Made by a program: the position numbers and the translations under genes
Source: Camelus ferus
Lineage: Eukaryota
Direction of reading: 5' to 3'
Length of the DNA: 64,000 bases
NCBI RefSeq assembly: GCF_009834535.1
Contig: NC_045696.1
Location: 54,748,001-54,812,000 of the forward strand
The notes under the pieces: generated by a model
The model's input: only the letters and a program-made list of their open reading frames with translations
Database searches by the model: none
Told to the model about the DNA's origin: nothing
In this document: piece after piece, positions 1 to 10,264 of the stretch
Position numbering within the stretch: the first letter of the stretch is position 1
How the letters are laid out: each line of letters opens with the position of its first letter

Positions 1-3000
1 AGAGATTTGTTACAGACAGCAAATCTGGGTTTCCTCCCAGCATCTTGCTGCTGTCTCCTTAGGGGACTGTTACGCATCCCCTCTCCTGGGAGTAGCACAG
101 AGCTTCTGTGGCTGCCAAACTGAAGGAAGGGGAGATGGCAGAAGTGGGGAGACGTAAATCTCCTTTCTGCCCACCCCTGAGAGTACACAACTACGATCTC
201 AAGGAGAGAAAAGGGGGCATGTTCCTAAAACTGAGAAGACACGTAAAAATTCTTGCTTTCTCATAAAACACTTGGCATTCATTCCATTTAAAAATGAAGT
301 TGTATTGTTGGTTTAAATGTACCTAATTCTGCACTTAAAATAAGGCTATAAAAACAGCCCTATAAATGGTGCCCACAGAGAATCCCTTAGCATCACTATT
401 TCAGTGGAAGACACAAACACTCATTATACACATCAACAATGCCAGCATATTTCCCTGCATAACTTCCTTTTTTCTGACTTTCTTCATCCTGAATAAGATA
501 GGAGGAACGTAAAGGAAGAGACGGGTTGGAGGTTATTTGAGCAGCAGAGTTCTGGTCTGCTGACACCCTCAGCAAGATTCATTAATCTTGCAGATTCTCA
601 CTCTCATTTACTAAACAGTGATTCACACAGAGTTACACAGCCACAGTAGCAAAGTTAATTGGAATCTAGATCCCCTAACATTTCTTCCTTCCTTCAGCAA
701 TTCCTCAGTACTGCAAGCTGAAATAAAATGAGACTGCTGTAGGCTTATGAAAAAGGGAAACAAACAAAGGGTGGCTAGCATGGGATTAAAAATGGACACA
801 TGTTTCCCTTCCCTTTTTGTTTTGCTTTATTTTGTGTTTTGGCTTAAGCCCTTTGAGCAAAGTGAGGAGGCAGAAGCAGCTTACCCAGGCCCATATCAAT
901 GCTAGGATCCCCCCTTAGCACTAGATTAGCACTGGGAGCTCAGTATGGCTCTCACCCAAGCCCGGAGAAATAAAGAAAGGAGGCAGGGAGAGAGATGGCT
1001 ATGAACACTGGCAAATTCTGTTCAGTCGGTGGCAAGCGGCCAGATAATTCCTTTTAATTTAACTCTTCATCTTCTCTGGCAGAAACAAATAGTGCATTTC
1101 CTTGAAGCATCATAACTTTCAAAGGATACAAATGACATCAGGCAGGCACCATTTTCCCAATCCAGCAAATGAGGAAACTGAGACTTAAATGCGATTACAG
1201 TCTACCTTTTATCGGGAAATTATTAGTAGATTCAAAATCAGTATCTAGGCTTTATAATGTGCACCTCAGTGTTCTCTTCCCTTGACCACCTTCCTACTCA
1301 GCATTCAGAGTAGCACCGCCTATGTTGGCAGCATTGATGTTTTTAAATAGTTAAGAATGATACAGAACAAGGAAGTCATGTTTGGCAGAAGGGAAATGAA
1401 ATGAAGGATCACGTAAGGAAATTAATTTTTTATTTCAAATAATTCCACACTATTAGGCAGGGTAGAAAAGTACATAGTGAAGAAAATGCACTATGTAAGT
1501 AATATGACAAACAAGAGCTCCCCAGTACAAACACTGTTATATGGCAGAAGACAGGGCTGGCTTTAGGATCTGACCACAATTGTGGAAAATGGATTATGGT
1601 CTCCTGGGGTTGGCCTGTAGACAGTTATCAAAGGAAATAAAAGAAATCCTATGGCCTTATGGTCAATTCCTTTCCTTCTAGACTCACAGTTGTGCCTCTC
1701 TGGATTAATAAGCTATTTATAAAGAACTCCTGCAAAAAGACACAATATGCATTTTTCTGCAGTCATCACAGTCATTTGAACAAGCAGTTCACATTACATT
1801 ACAGTCTTAGAACCTGCGACAAGGTCTGTTCAACCACCTATGAAATCTAGAGAGAAAACAACATTCCAAGGGTAAAGGCTAGGTTCTTTAGAATGTCCAT
1901 ATCAGTATTGTTTTTAAACAGGTGATGTCAGACATTACCTTGGAATGTAAGTACTTTAGAAAAAAAGAACTGTATCTTCAATATCTCAAACGGACCTCCC
2001 TGCAGGGCACCCACTGAATCATGCTTACTGATGACCGAGGTGACGAAGGTAACCGGAATATCCCTACTTTGCAGAAAATCAGAACTTACAGACTGTGTCT
2101 TAACTCTTAAGTCACTTCGGCAAATTTAGAAACTTTGTATTTTCACTTTATAATTACTTGCTATAACCTAATATTAAAACATGTAACTTGGACTCAAAAG
2201 TTATTTCTTGAAGGATCTTCTTTTGAGTCCTTATCAGAAGGGGTGTCAAATACCATTGGAGAGGTTTTGCCAACACACTGGCCTTGAACTATTTGGGGGG
2301 GGAGGGGTGCAAAGTGTCCCTATGAGCAGTCTAGGTGTAGTTCTTGAAAGATGTTCTCTAAAGGGAGCCTCCTGACAATGGGATCTGTCATTCAGGTCCT
2401 GAGCATTTCGGCTGCTCCCTCACTGAGCAGCTGCTGCAGGGCTCCGGTCAGGGGTTGGCCATGCTGCCTCTGATGCAGTGTAACTACACTATTCTCTTCT
2501 CCTGGCCTCTCACAGCCCAAATCTGGCTGCAGGCAGAAGCCCAGGTGACCTTCATGCCCAGATGAGCCAGAGATGGGGGTGGGGAGGGCCGAGTGGAGTT
2601 CATCTCCTCTGCAATCCCCAAAGGGCACACAGCGCCTGCCATCCTGGATGCCACAGGAGAGAACAGAGCCAACCTCGGTGGAAAGCAGTGGCTGCTCCCT
2701 GGCTCTGGAGTAAGAGGAGGGACAGATGCCAGATGACAAAGCGACCCAGCCAGATCTGAGCCAATGGAACAAGGGCCTCAAACCAAGCCCGGCACAAAAT
2801 GGAGAATTGTGAGGTGCTTCCATTATTGTTTATTTGTTTGCTTGCTTGTTTCCCTTTACCTTTAAAACATTCCAGTTGAATACTGACTACTATATATAAA
2901 ATAGATAAACAACAAGGTCCTACTATTTAGCATGGGGAATTATATTAAGTATCTTGAAATAGCCTATAATGAAAAACAATATGAAAAGGAATATATATAC

Positions 3001-5959
3001 GTATAACTGAATCACTGTGTTGTATACCAGAAATTAACACAACATTGTAAACCGACTATACTTCAATTAAAAAAGAAATTCCAATTCTTTTCTCTTTACT
3101 TGCTCAGGGTTAAAAGTAAATGTGATAATAGTGCAATCATGTTATAGAAATGTTCTGAGAACCTATACTTTGTCAACAGAGTTGTTATTATATAAAATAC
3201 ATTCATCAGCATATCAAGGGTAAAACCCAGCTGGGCCACTATGTAACCTTCTCACCATTTGTTCGTTGCTCAAAGATGTGACATGGAAAAAAAAATAATC
3301 AACTATAGCAAAGTACTCTAGGATATTTGGATAAAAAGCACAAGAAAAATTTAGGTTTTAATCACATGTAAATATATCTTGACTATATATTTTAAATCAC
3401 CTGTTTCAAAATTCATCATCACCTAGAAACAGAATATAATTATTCCTGAGAATACACCAATACAGGTCTGACTTGCCCATGGATCCAAAGTTATGACTTG
3501 GGCTACACCACCTTGGTCTCACAAGGCCAACCATTATTTCAAAAAATCTATTCACACAGCTCCAAATACTTGCATTAAACATTTCTGAACAAATGGAGTC
3601 TGATGTGAACACCAAGAACACCAAGTGGGGATCTATGAACATATCCATGAGAAACAAACAACTGTGCTGCAGGAGGGAGAGAGTAGTCAGGGATAGGGCT
3701 AATTCAAAAGGGCTACACACTCGGACACTGTGGAGTGTGTGAGTGTGTAATGTAGAGGGGTGCATGTTGTGAGGCAGCCAGTCCCAGACTTGCCATAATG
3801 ACGGCGGAAGGAAAGAGTGGATGGCAATTGCTTGTGAGTGACCCCGTGTTCCCTAGCCTCCTCTGGCCATGCTGCCTTCTCCTCCTACCCACTACTCCAA
3901 GTTACTGCTACCCGGACTCTGCCAAACATCAGAGGACCCTGAAGCATGACAATGAGGGCCATTTCCCATGATTTCACTGAATTCTACTGAGCAATCCCTT
4001 GAAAATCCTCTTTGGAAAGAACAAGAATCTCTAGGAAGAAATACTATCTACTTTGACCAAGTAACACCAGATACTCTATTTCAAAGGGTTGCCATGATAG
4101 TTAACTTTGGTATTTCTGAAGACTGCAGAGCTTTACTTTTTTTGGCAACTGGAAGACCTGAAATAGAATTATCTGGTTTGGTGCTCCATTAGACCTTTCC
4201 CATCCCTTAGAAGTGCTATCTAACAACAGCCCAGCACTCTGATCTGCCCTTCACTCGTGTGACCCCACAACGGAGTAATGAATATTCTACAGTTTTATTC
4301 AAACTTAAAAGAAGCATATATTAGTGACTTCATTCTTAGCATTTTATCTGAAGAGCTAAGTTCCTAGAGTTAAACGGAATAGGAAGGAAAGGGATTAACC
4401 TCTGCTGCTAGCAGAGTACAGTCACGATGCTAATGTCTCTGTATGAAAAAGCTGAACTGCAGCAGTATCTGGAATTACAGAGAAAGTACTGGAGGAAAAA
4501 AGATGCAAGGGAATAAAATATTAAAAGCCAAAGCTGGTTTGGGATTCTATTTTTCACGCAGACATGCTTCGTAGAGGAATTAAGTATTACAAGACCTCAC
4601 AGTTCAGATGGTGGAGGAATGGGTCAGTGAGTTCTACAAAGAGGAAGTTTTTAGGACCTGTAACTTGTAATTGTGTTATGGGTGAGTTCCAGCTGCTCCC
4701 CTAAGCTTATTTCAAAAAACATAACTTCAACATAGTATTTATTCACTTGCAATACTCCAACTAGTAAAGAGTCAGGGAGGCTATTCTCTTTTCATCTGGT
4801 AAAAGGGTTCTCTAGCGACACAAAATATCCCCCAGCAATGAAAAATGAAACCACAAATGTAACATTAGCAACCAGCTGTTAGAAGAAAATCAGTAAGATT
4901 GGCAGTTTGATCATTTCATATCAGTGTGTTCATGAAATGGACTGTGCAGGGACTGTGCGCGTGTGTATGCACATGTGTGTGTAAATGAATAGATTCGTGG
5001 GCAGTAGTATGAGAAACGTGAGCGGGCGCAGGTCCCAATGATGGCAGAATGCCCCGAACATGAAGCTGTGGCAAAACCATCAGCGGTAAAGCGATACGGC
5101 ACAGACTGTGGCCAACGGTGCAGGGTTCTCTCACGGCTGCGAAGAGTGTTAGACAGGTGAATTCGAAAGACATTTACGTTAGAACTACTTCGTGGACTGT
5201 CCGTACGTTCAACATGGGACGCCAGCTTGTAAGTGAAACGCACAGTCTGTTTTCATTTTTAACCTTCATGAATTCGTTTCATAGCCTCCCAAAACAGAGA
5301 ACCAAAAATCTCTTCAAAGTAAACACTGAGCACTAGCTATTTAGTCCCCCAAGCACGAAACATTGACCATTCCGAGTCAGCATAGCTATTAACCCATGAA
5401 TTCATATTCATTTCCCCCCCCCCCCACCTCGGTGCCGAATCTGTGGGGGTTATTTCGCACAGAGACACAAGTACCAGGTGCCGAGTGCATACCCAGCCTC
5501 CTTCTAAACTTAATGCCAATTCCCTCTTGAAAGAGGAGGAATGCAGTGGTATCAGCACTGGGGACGCGGCGGCAGCGAACACTGAAGCGACGCTTGGAGT
5601 TTACAGAGGAGCTACCTCAGCTCCGCCGCCGCCACCCCTCACACCAGTCCCCATCCCCGCCACACACACACACACACACCTCACTCTACCACCGCACCCC
5701 CCTTCCCCCCCCCCCCCCACACCGGTTCCACATCTCCGCACCACCACGGATAATGCAGCAAGTCTGTCCGCACACTCCCGCACGCCTCGGGACCCGGCCG
5801 GGCGCAGAGCCGCGAGGGCAGGGAACGCACCAGCACCTCGGGACTTGTAAATAAGCCGCGTTCCGTCCAGATTCCGAGCGCTCCTCACTCCACCGACCCC
5901 CGACCCCAGAGCCCGGCGGCAGGAAGGAGGGGGCGCAAGAGGCCTGGGGACCCCCTTAC
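1..5959 (-). other. LSAMP: 5' part of LSAMP intron 1 (continues beyond the window start)
   Basis: Starts at the GT donor (5959-5958). No downstream IgLON Ig-domain exon is seen in 1-5959. The LSAMP 1a intron is known to be very large. Confidence 0.8.
2880..3074 (+). mobile_element. 5'-truncated L1 3' UTR fragment (older cetartiodactyl type)
   Basis: aaatagataaacaacaaggtcctact...aacacaacattgtaaaccgactatacttcaatt plus A tail. Degenerate TSD attccagtt/attccaatt. Confidence 0.85.
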
Positions 5960-6026
5960 CTTGCAGCGAGAAGAGGGACAGGAAGAAGCCCAGCACCCAG
6001 ACGCTGTGCAGCCAGTAGGTCCTCAT
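5960..6026 (-). CDS. LSAMP: LSAMP alternative first coding exon 1a (signal peptide, 22 codons + 1 nt, phase-1 intron follows)
   Basis: ATG at 6026-6024 in context GCGGCGGAGAC-ATG-A (G at -3) gives MRTYWLHSVWVLGFFLSLFSLQ. I recognise this as the N-terminus of the LSAMP 1a isoform. It is a hydrophobic signal peptide followed by a canonical donor CAAG|GTAAGG at 5960/5959. The rest of ORF 5601..6026 is intronic read-through. Confidence 0.9.
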
Positions 6027-6347
6027 GTCTCCGCCGCGCTCGATGCTCCCCGCGCGCTCCGGCTCTCGCCTCTCCGCTCGCGCTCTCTAGCAAAACGCGC
6101 CGCTCGTTCCCTCGATTTCCCTCTGGGCTCTCCCGGCTCCAGCAAACCAGACCCAGCAGGCTCCTGCCGCACGACGGCCGGAACCCAGAACGGCTGCGCT
6201 CCCCTCAGCAGGAGCGCGAGCCCGGGCCCGGTGGAGGCTCGAAGCTGTGCCTAGCGTAAACACAGCGAGCTCCCCTCTCCCTCAAGCTCTCCGGCTCTCC
6301 TCCGTCCTACCTTCCTCTCCCTCACTCCCCTGCAGCTCCAACTAAAT
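6027..6347 (-). other. LSAMP: Predicted 5' UTR of LSAMP exon 1a (~320 nt, GC-rich, no upstream ATG)
   Basis: Lies between the predicted Inr (6347) and the ATG. There is no CAT on the + strand in this interval. The 5' end is inferred from core promoter motifs only. Confidence 0.5.
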
Positions 6348-6378
6348 GCGACTGTACTTAAACAAGCGGCGTCTTATA
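6345..6378 (-). promoter_or_regulatory. TATA-like box (TATAAGA 6378-6372) and initiator (CGCATT, +1 A at 6347)
   Basis: On the minus strand the first T of TATAAGA lies 31 nt upstream of the A of a BBCABW-type Inr, which is canonical spacing. Confidence 0.5.
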
Positions 6379-6408
6379 GGACCGCGAACCCAGCCGAAAG
6401 GGCCCCGC

Positions 6409-6427
6409 TGCTGCCATCTAGTGCGCA
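6409..6427 (-). promoter_or_regulatory. CTCF motif with adjacent ETS motif (CCGGATGT, 6434-6427)
   Basis: Minus strand TGCGCACTAGATGGCAGCA closely matches the CTCF core (CCACTAGATGGCAGC-type). Confidence 0.6.
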
Positions 6428-7107
6428 CATCCGGGCATCGCGGCAGCTCTGCGTTGGTTGGTGCGTGCGCGAGGTCCGTCCAAAGCCGCCAATTACCCTT
6501 TGCTCTCACAGGTGAAACTCCTGCCGTCCTGAGTCCTTGGCTTGACCTTGTTGGCTTATAGGTCCTAATTATCTCCTTTTCATGAGGAGACGCTTGGCAC
6601 TTACTACCCGCATTCCTTCATCATCCCATTGCTCCTTTTCTCTTTGAAATTCCCCTTTTCCACCAACAACTCAATGGAAATGTTCCTTCAAATGTCACCA
6701 TGACCTCCACCTCAGAAGTCTAATGGCTGTTTATAAGGCTTCATCCCACCTGACTTGACTGCATTTCACGGGGTGAGCCATTCCATTTTACTTGATTCCA
6801 GTCACCAGGTCAAAACAGTACTCCGGGTGTTTCTGACCTTCCATCCAAACCCCTCCTCCACCCCGGGGTTCTCTACTCTTCTTTGGCTAGATCTTCTGTT
6901 ATATTTTCTTGTTTCTTCCCTAAATTTAAATTGTTTGAAAATCAAATACATCTGTGCTAATTACTCCATGACTGAGACCTCACGGCTAAACTCCTACTTA
7001 GCCCTCAAACAAGAATTCCCAGCTGGGACAGCTACCAAGCATTTCCAACTGAATGCTTCCCGGCTAGGTCCAAATAGAGGGAGGGGTTAGAACGGCTCTC
7101 CTTTAAT

Positions 7108-7240
7108 GAGCACTGACTGGCAGTCAGGTGAGCTGGATTTCAGTTCCGACATTGTGGCTGCCAGTGGTTGGACACCTTAACCAAGTCATTTAATCTCTGA
7201 GCTTCATTTTACTCATCAGCGAAATTAAAGAACTGAATTA
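7108..7240 (+). mobile_element. MIR SINE fragment
   Basis: Core-like accttaaccaagtcatttaatctctgagcttcattttactcatc. Confidence 0.65.
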
Positions 7241-7325
7241 CGTGATTCTCGGCAGCCTTAATTGAGGAGGCCATGGGGCCCAGGCCAAAGTTCACAATAG
7301 CTTGCACCTGGTAAGAGGTGAATGT

Positions 7326-7420
7326 ACGCATGCGCCAGTAGCGTGAGTCAGCATTTTGAACACCACGCATGCACCAGTAGCGTGAGTCAGCATTATGAAC
7401 ACTACACATGCGCCACTAGC
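7326..7420. repeat. 39-bp tandem repeat, ~2.4 copies
   Basis: Units start at 7326, 7365 and 7404: ac(g/a)catgc(g/a)ccagtagcgtgagtcagcatt(t/a)tgaacac. Confidence 0.95.
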
Positions 7421-7654
7421 AGTATGAGAGGACAAGTGTGTACACCTGAGCAGTGCAGCGGCTGCCCGCCATGCACGCCTCCCGTTGGTAATGCAATAAA
7501 GTGCTGTTTTGCTCCATGTCAGCTCCTCGCACATTGTGTCAGCTCCTCATGCCTTTTTCCATTTGGGCAGCTCACCTCGAATGCCTCTCCAGTCTCCCAC
7601 AGCTGACAGTGGTCATGTCTTTGCCCCTTCCAGCTCTGTTTCTAATGTCTATAT

Positions 7655-7853
7655 CAGGTGTCAACTTTGTCACTACTGACATGTTGAGGCTGTCTTGTGC
7701 ATTATATGATGTTTAGCAGCACCCATGACTTCTATACACTAGATGACAGTAGCACCCCTCCCCAGCCCCCACACAAATCATGAAAACCAAAAATGTCTCC
7801 AGGTCTTGCCAAACACAACCAAGGGAGCAAAACTGCCTCCAGCTGAGAACCTC
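7655..7853 (-). mobile_element. MER20 (hAT-Charlie DNA transposon remnant)
   Basis: tgtgcattatatgatgtttagcagc...ctagatgacagtagcacccctcccc...aaccaaaaatgtctccag...tgagaacc matches the reverse MER20 consensus. Confidence 0.8.
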
Positions 7854-8460
7854 TCATCTCTACCTACTGCCATTTTCCTTCAGGAATGATTCTCATTCCC
7901 AACTCGCTTGTTTCTGTTATAAGGATCACCGAATTCCACAGGCTCATACCTTTAGAAGTACCTTTCCCACCTTCCTTCTCCAGCTTCAGTTGGTCATCAA
8001 TCTCACCAACACAAACCTATCAAAGGTGTCTCTGTATTTTTCCAACCCCACCATCACCATTTTCATGACAGAGATGTGTGCTGTGTCTAATTTTTAATTA
8101 TCTAACTTGAATCTCATAATAATTCCAGACTATATTCAGGGACAATATTAGCTCTTTTGTGTTTGTAAAAAGTGGAGACACAGAAAAGTTAAGTGACTTT
8201 TCCTATAGCACACAACAGGCCAGTATCAGCACCGTCAGCAGAACTGAGGGAGGTTTTCGGAGTTCCGTGTTGTTTCTAACCCGTCCCCTTAGTGTAGGTG
8301 TTGATCTGCATGTGCCTAGGTTCCTACAATAGGCTCCCAGCTGATCCCGTTCCTCTGTCCTCCATGCTCTAATTTAGCCTATACATTACCACCAGGTTAA
8401 TCCTCTTTAACACTTTAAGAGTCTTATCTGTTTATGAGTTATAGCAGCTCCCTATGGATT

Positions 8461-8628
8461 ACTTGGTACAGATTAGAACCACCTGGGGGCTTTTAAAACC
8501 TACAGATGTGTGACCCCACCCCAGATCAACGAGATCAGAATTTCTGAGGGGTGGGAATCTAGCATCAGTAGGTTTTTAACAGATTCCAGGTCATTCGAAT
8601 TTGTAGGGAGGCCTAAGAAAAATACTGG
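8461..8628. mobile_element. MER5A-like hAT-Charlie remnant
   Basis: attagaaccacctgggggcttttaaaa...ccccaccccaga...tcagaatttctgaggggtggg...aggtcattc. Confidence 0.7.
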
Positions 8629-8832
8629 TCTTCCAGACTGAGTTCAGATTCCTCATTTTCTAATTTAAGGTCCTCTGAAACTTTCATCTTACCTTTAATA
8701 ATTTACGTTCTCTTTTTTCTGTAACCAATGGAGATCCTCTCTTCCAAACTGTCCAATCTGCTTTTTGTCCCTGTACTTCATATGCTGCTTGTTTGTCTTG
8801 CCCAGATTGTACCACTCTCAGGAGTCGGTTTG

Positions 8833-8960
8833 CTTAGTGGCCAGAGTGAGGACTTTGGAACTAGAACTAGGTGGATTCAGGTCCTATCTTGCCTCTAACA
8901 AACTGTGAGCCTTTGTACATGTCTCCAACGGCTGTTGTGAGTATGAATTATGATATACTT
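8833..8960 (+). mobile_element. MIR fragment
   Basis: tagtggccagagtgaggactttggaactaga...ggattcagg...ggctgttgtgagtatgaattatga. Confidence 0.55.
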
Positions 8961-9029
8961 AATAAATAATGTCTATCTGTATTATTTTTCAAGAATCACC
9001 CTACATTTCTTCAATGTCAGTATGTATCT

Positions 9030-9218
9030 CAGTAAAGTTTCTCAAAATGTAATCTGAGGACTCAGATGCCACAGAATCACTTAGTGCACATGCTAAAAAT
9101 CCAGATTACCTAGTCACACACCAGGCCTAATGAATTAATATATTTGGATCTTGGGGTCTTGTAATAGGCATTAAACTAATTGGGTGATTCATGTGTTCTA
9201 ATGACTGAGAAACATTAT
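9030..9218. mobile_element. MER5B/MER5A-like remnant
   Basis: Terminal gtttctcaaa ... tgagaaac inverted ends, with cagaatcac...tgctaaaaatccagatt and ggtgattc internally. Confidence 0.65.
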
Positions 9219-9257
9219 CTAAGAACTATAAGGTATTGGGAGCTGTGAGAAATTTTT

Positions 9258-9474
9258 ACGCTCAATCTCGGTCCTGTTGGTATTTTGAGTCAGGTTATTT
9301 GTTGTTTGGGAATTGCCCTGTGCATTTTAGCATGTTTAACAGCATCCCTGGCCTCTACCCACCAGATGCCATTAGTAACCAAAGTTACGACAACCAAAGA
9401 GATCTCCAAATATTCCACATTCCCCCTGGGGACAAGTCTCCCCGGCCCACTCTGCCACCCCTGTGGAGACCACC
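9258..9474 (-). mobile_element. MER20 (second copy)
   Basis: ctgtgcattttagcatgtttaacagcatccctggcctctacccaccagatgcca is a close match to the reverse MER20 consensus. Confidence 0.85.
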
Positions 9475-10244
9475 TATTGACTCCAAGCACCTTTACTAGG
9501 TAAGGAAACTGAGTCTCAGGGAACTTACATGACTCGATAGGATACATAGTTTAGATTTAGATTTGCCAAAGCCAAGAAGTGTTACTTCTTGTAACTGCAG
9601 TTTCCTTACACTGTGCTTCAAATCGCTTCCAACTATTCTTTAGAAGTTATCTCAAAATTTTTCTTGATGCCTAAATTAGACATTTCCTTGAAACATACAC
9701 TGTATCAGCTGTTCTATCTTTCTATTTGTTTCTGTATTACTTTAAAAATCAACCTCTAATTTCTATGTCAGTATCATGTTTTTCCAAATTGATTGTAAAC
9801 ACACCTTCCAATTACCTTGTATTCCTTACAGAGCCTAGCAGAGTGCGAGATTCAGGGTAGACATCTCTTGACTGTACCTAGCAATTGAATAATTACTTGT
9901 TTGTGTGGGGCCAGAGAGCACTTACGTATTTATATAGCAACTATCCTAATATTTTTAGCAGCTTATTCTTAAGCTGTAATATATGCTAAGAGACTTTTTT
10001 TTCTCACAAATATTCTTTTCTAGAGGAAAGAAAATATCCTATTCTATTTCTGCTCATACCCTTCACTTAAGTTCAGGGAAACTGTTTACAAGAGAGAAAA
10101 GTGATTCTCAAATTGACTGGGTCAAGTAACCTGTAGAAATTTTATAAAGAGGAGATATTCAGGCCCCACCACCAGATGCTTTAATTTAGTCCTGGACAGG
10201 TCAGTCTGATGTCTTGTCAGAGTTCAAGAGCTTGAAGACGTACA

Positions 10245-10264
10245 TGTGTGTGTGTGTGTGTGTG
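10245..10264. repeat. (TG)10 microsatellite
   Basis: Read directly from the sequence. Confidence 0.95.

Larger units (their letters stand above)
5000..6520. promoter_or_regulatory. CpG island / LSAMP 1a promoter
   Basis: Dense CpG and high GC from ~5560 to 6500, with a CpG-retaining shore to ~5000, against a CpG-depleted AT-rich background. Confidence 0.85.

Noticed and set aside
2338..2823. 143-aa minus-strand ORF and overlapping ORFs in a GC-richer patch
   Set aside because: No recognisable protein or splice structure; it looks like an old LTR-type remnant that I cannot classify confidently.
5601..5959. C-terminal 119 aa of the 141-aa ORF 5601..6026
   Set aside because: It lies after the GT donor and is low-complexity Gly/Arg/Cys-Val text from G-runs and TG repeats; intronic read-through.
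1..5959. Rodent-type extra exon 1a' of LSAMP
   Set aside because: I could not find a matching reading frame by eye in this part of the intron; it may lie outside the window or be degenerate.
5443..6254. Overlapping + strand ORFs (135, 102 and 97 aa) in the CpG island
   Set aside because: Non-ATG starts, Pro/His-Thr low complexity and stop scarcity typical of GC-rich DNA; no recognisable domain.
7326..7420. CRISPR-like repeat array
   Set aside because: Head-to-tail units without unique spacers, in mammalian DNA with no cas genes.
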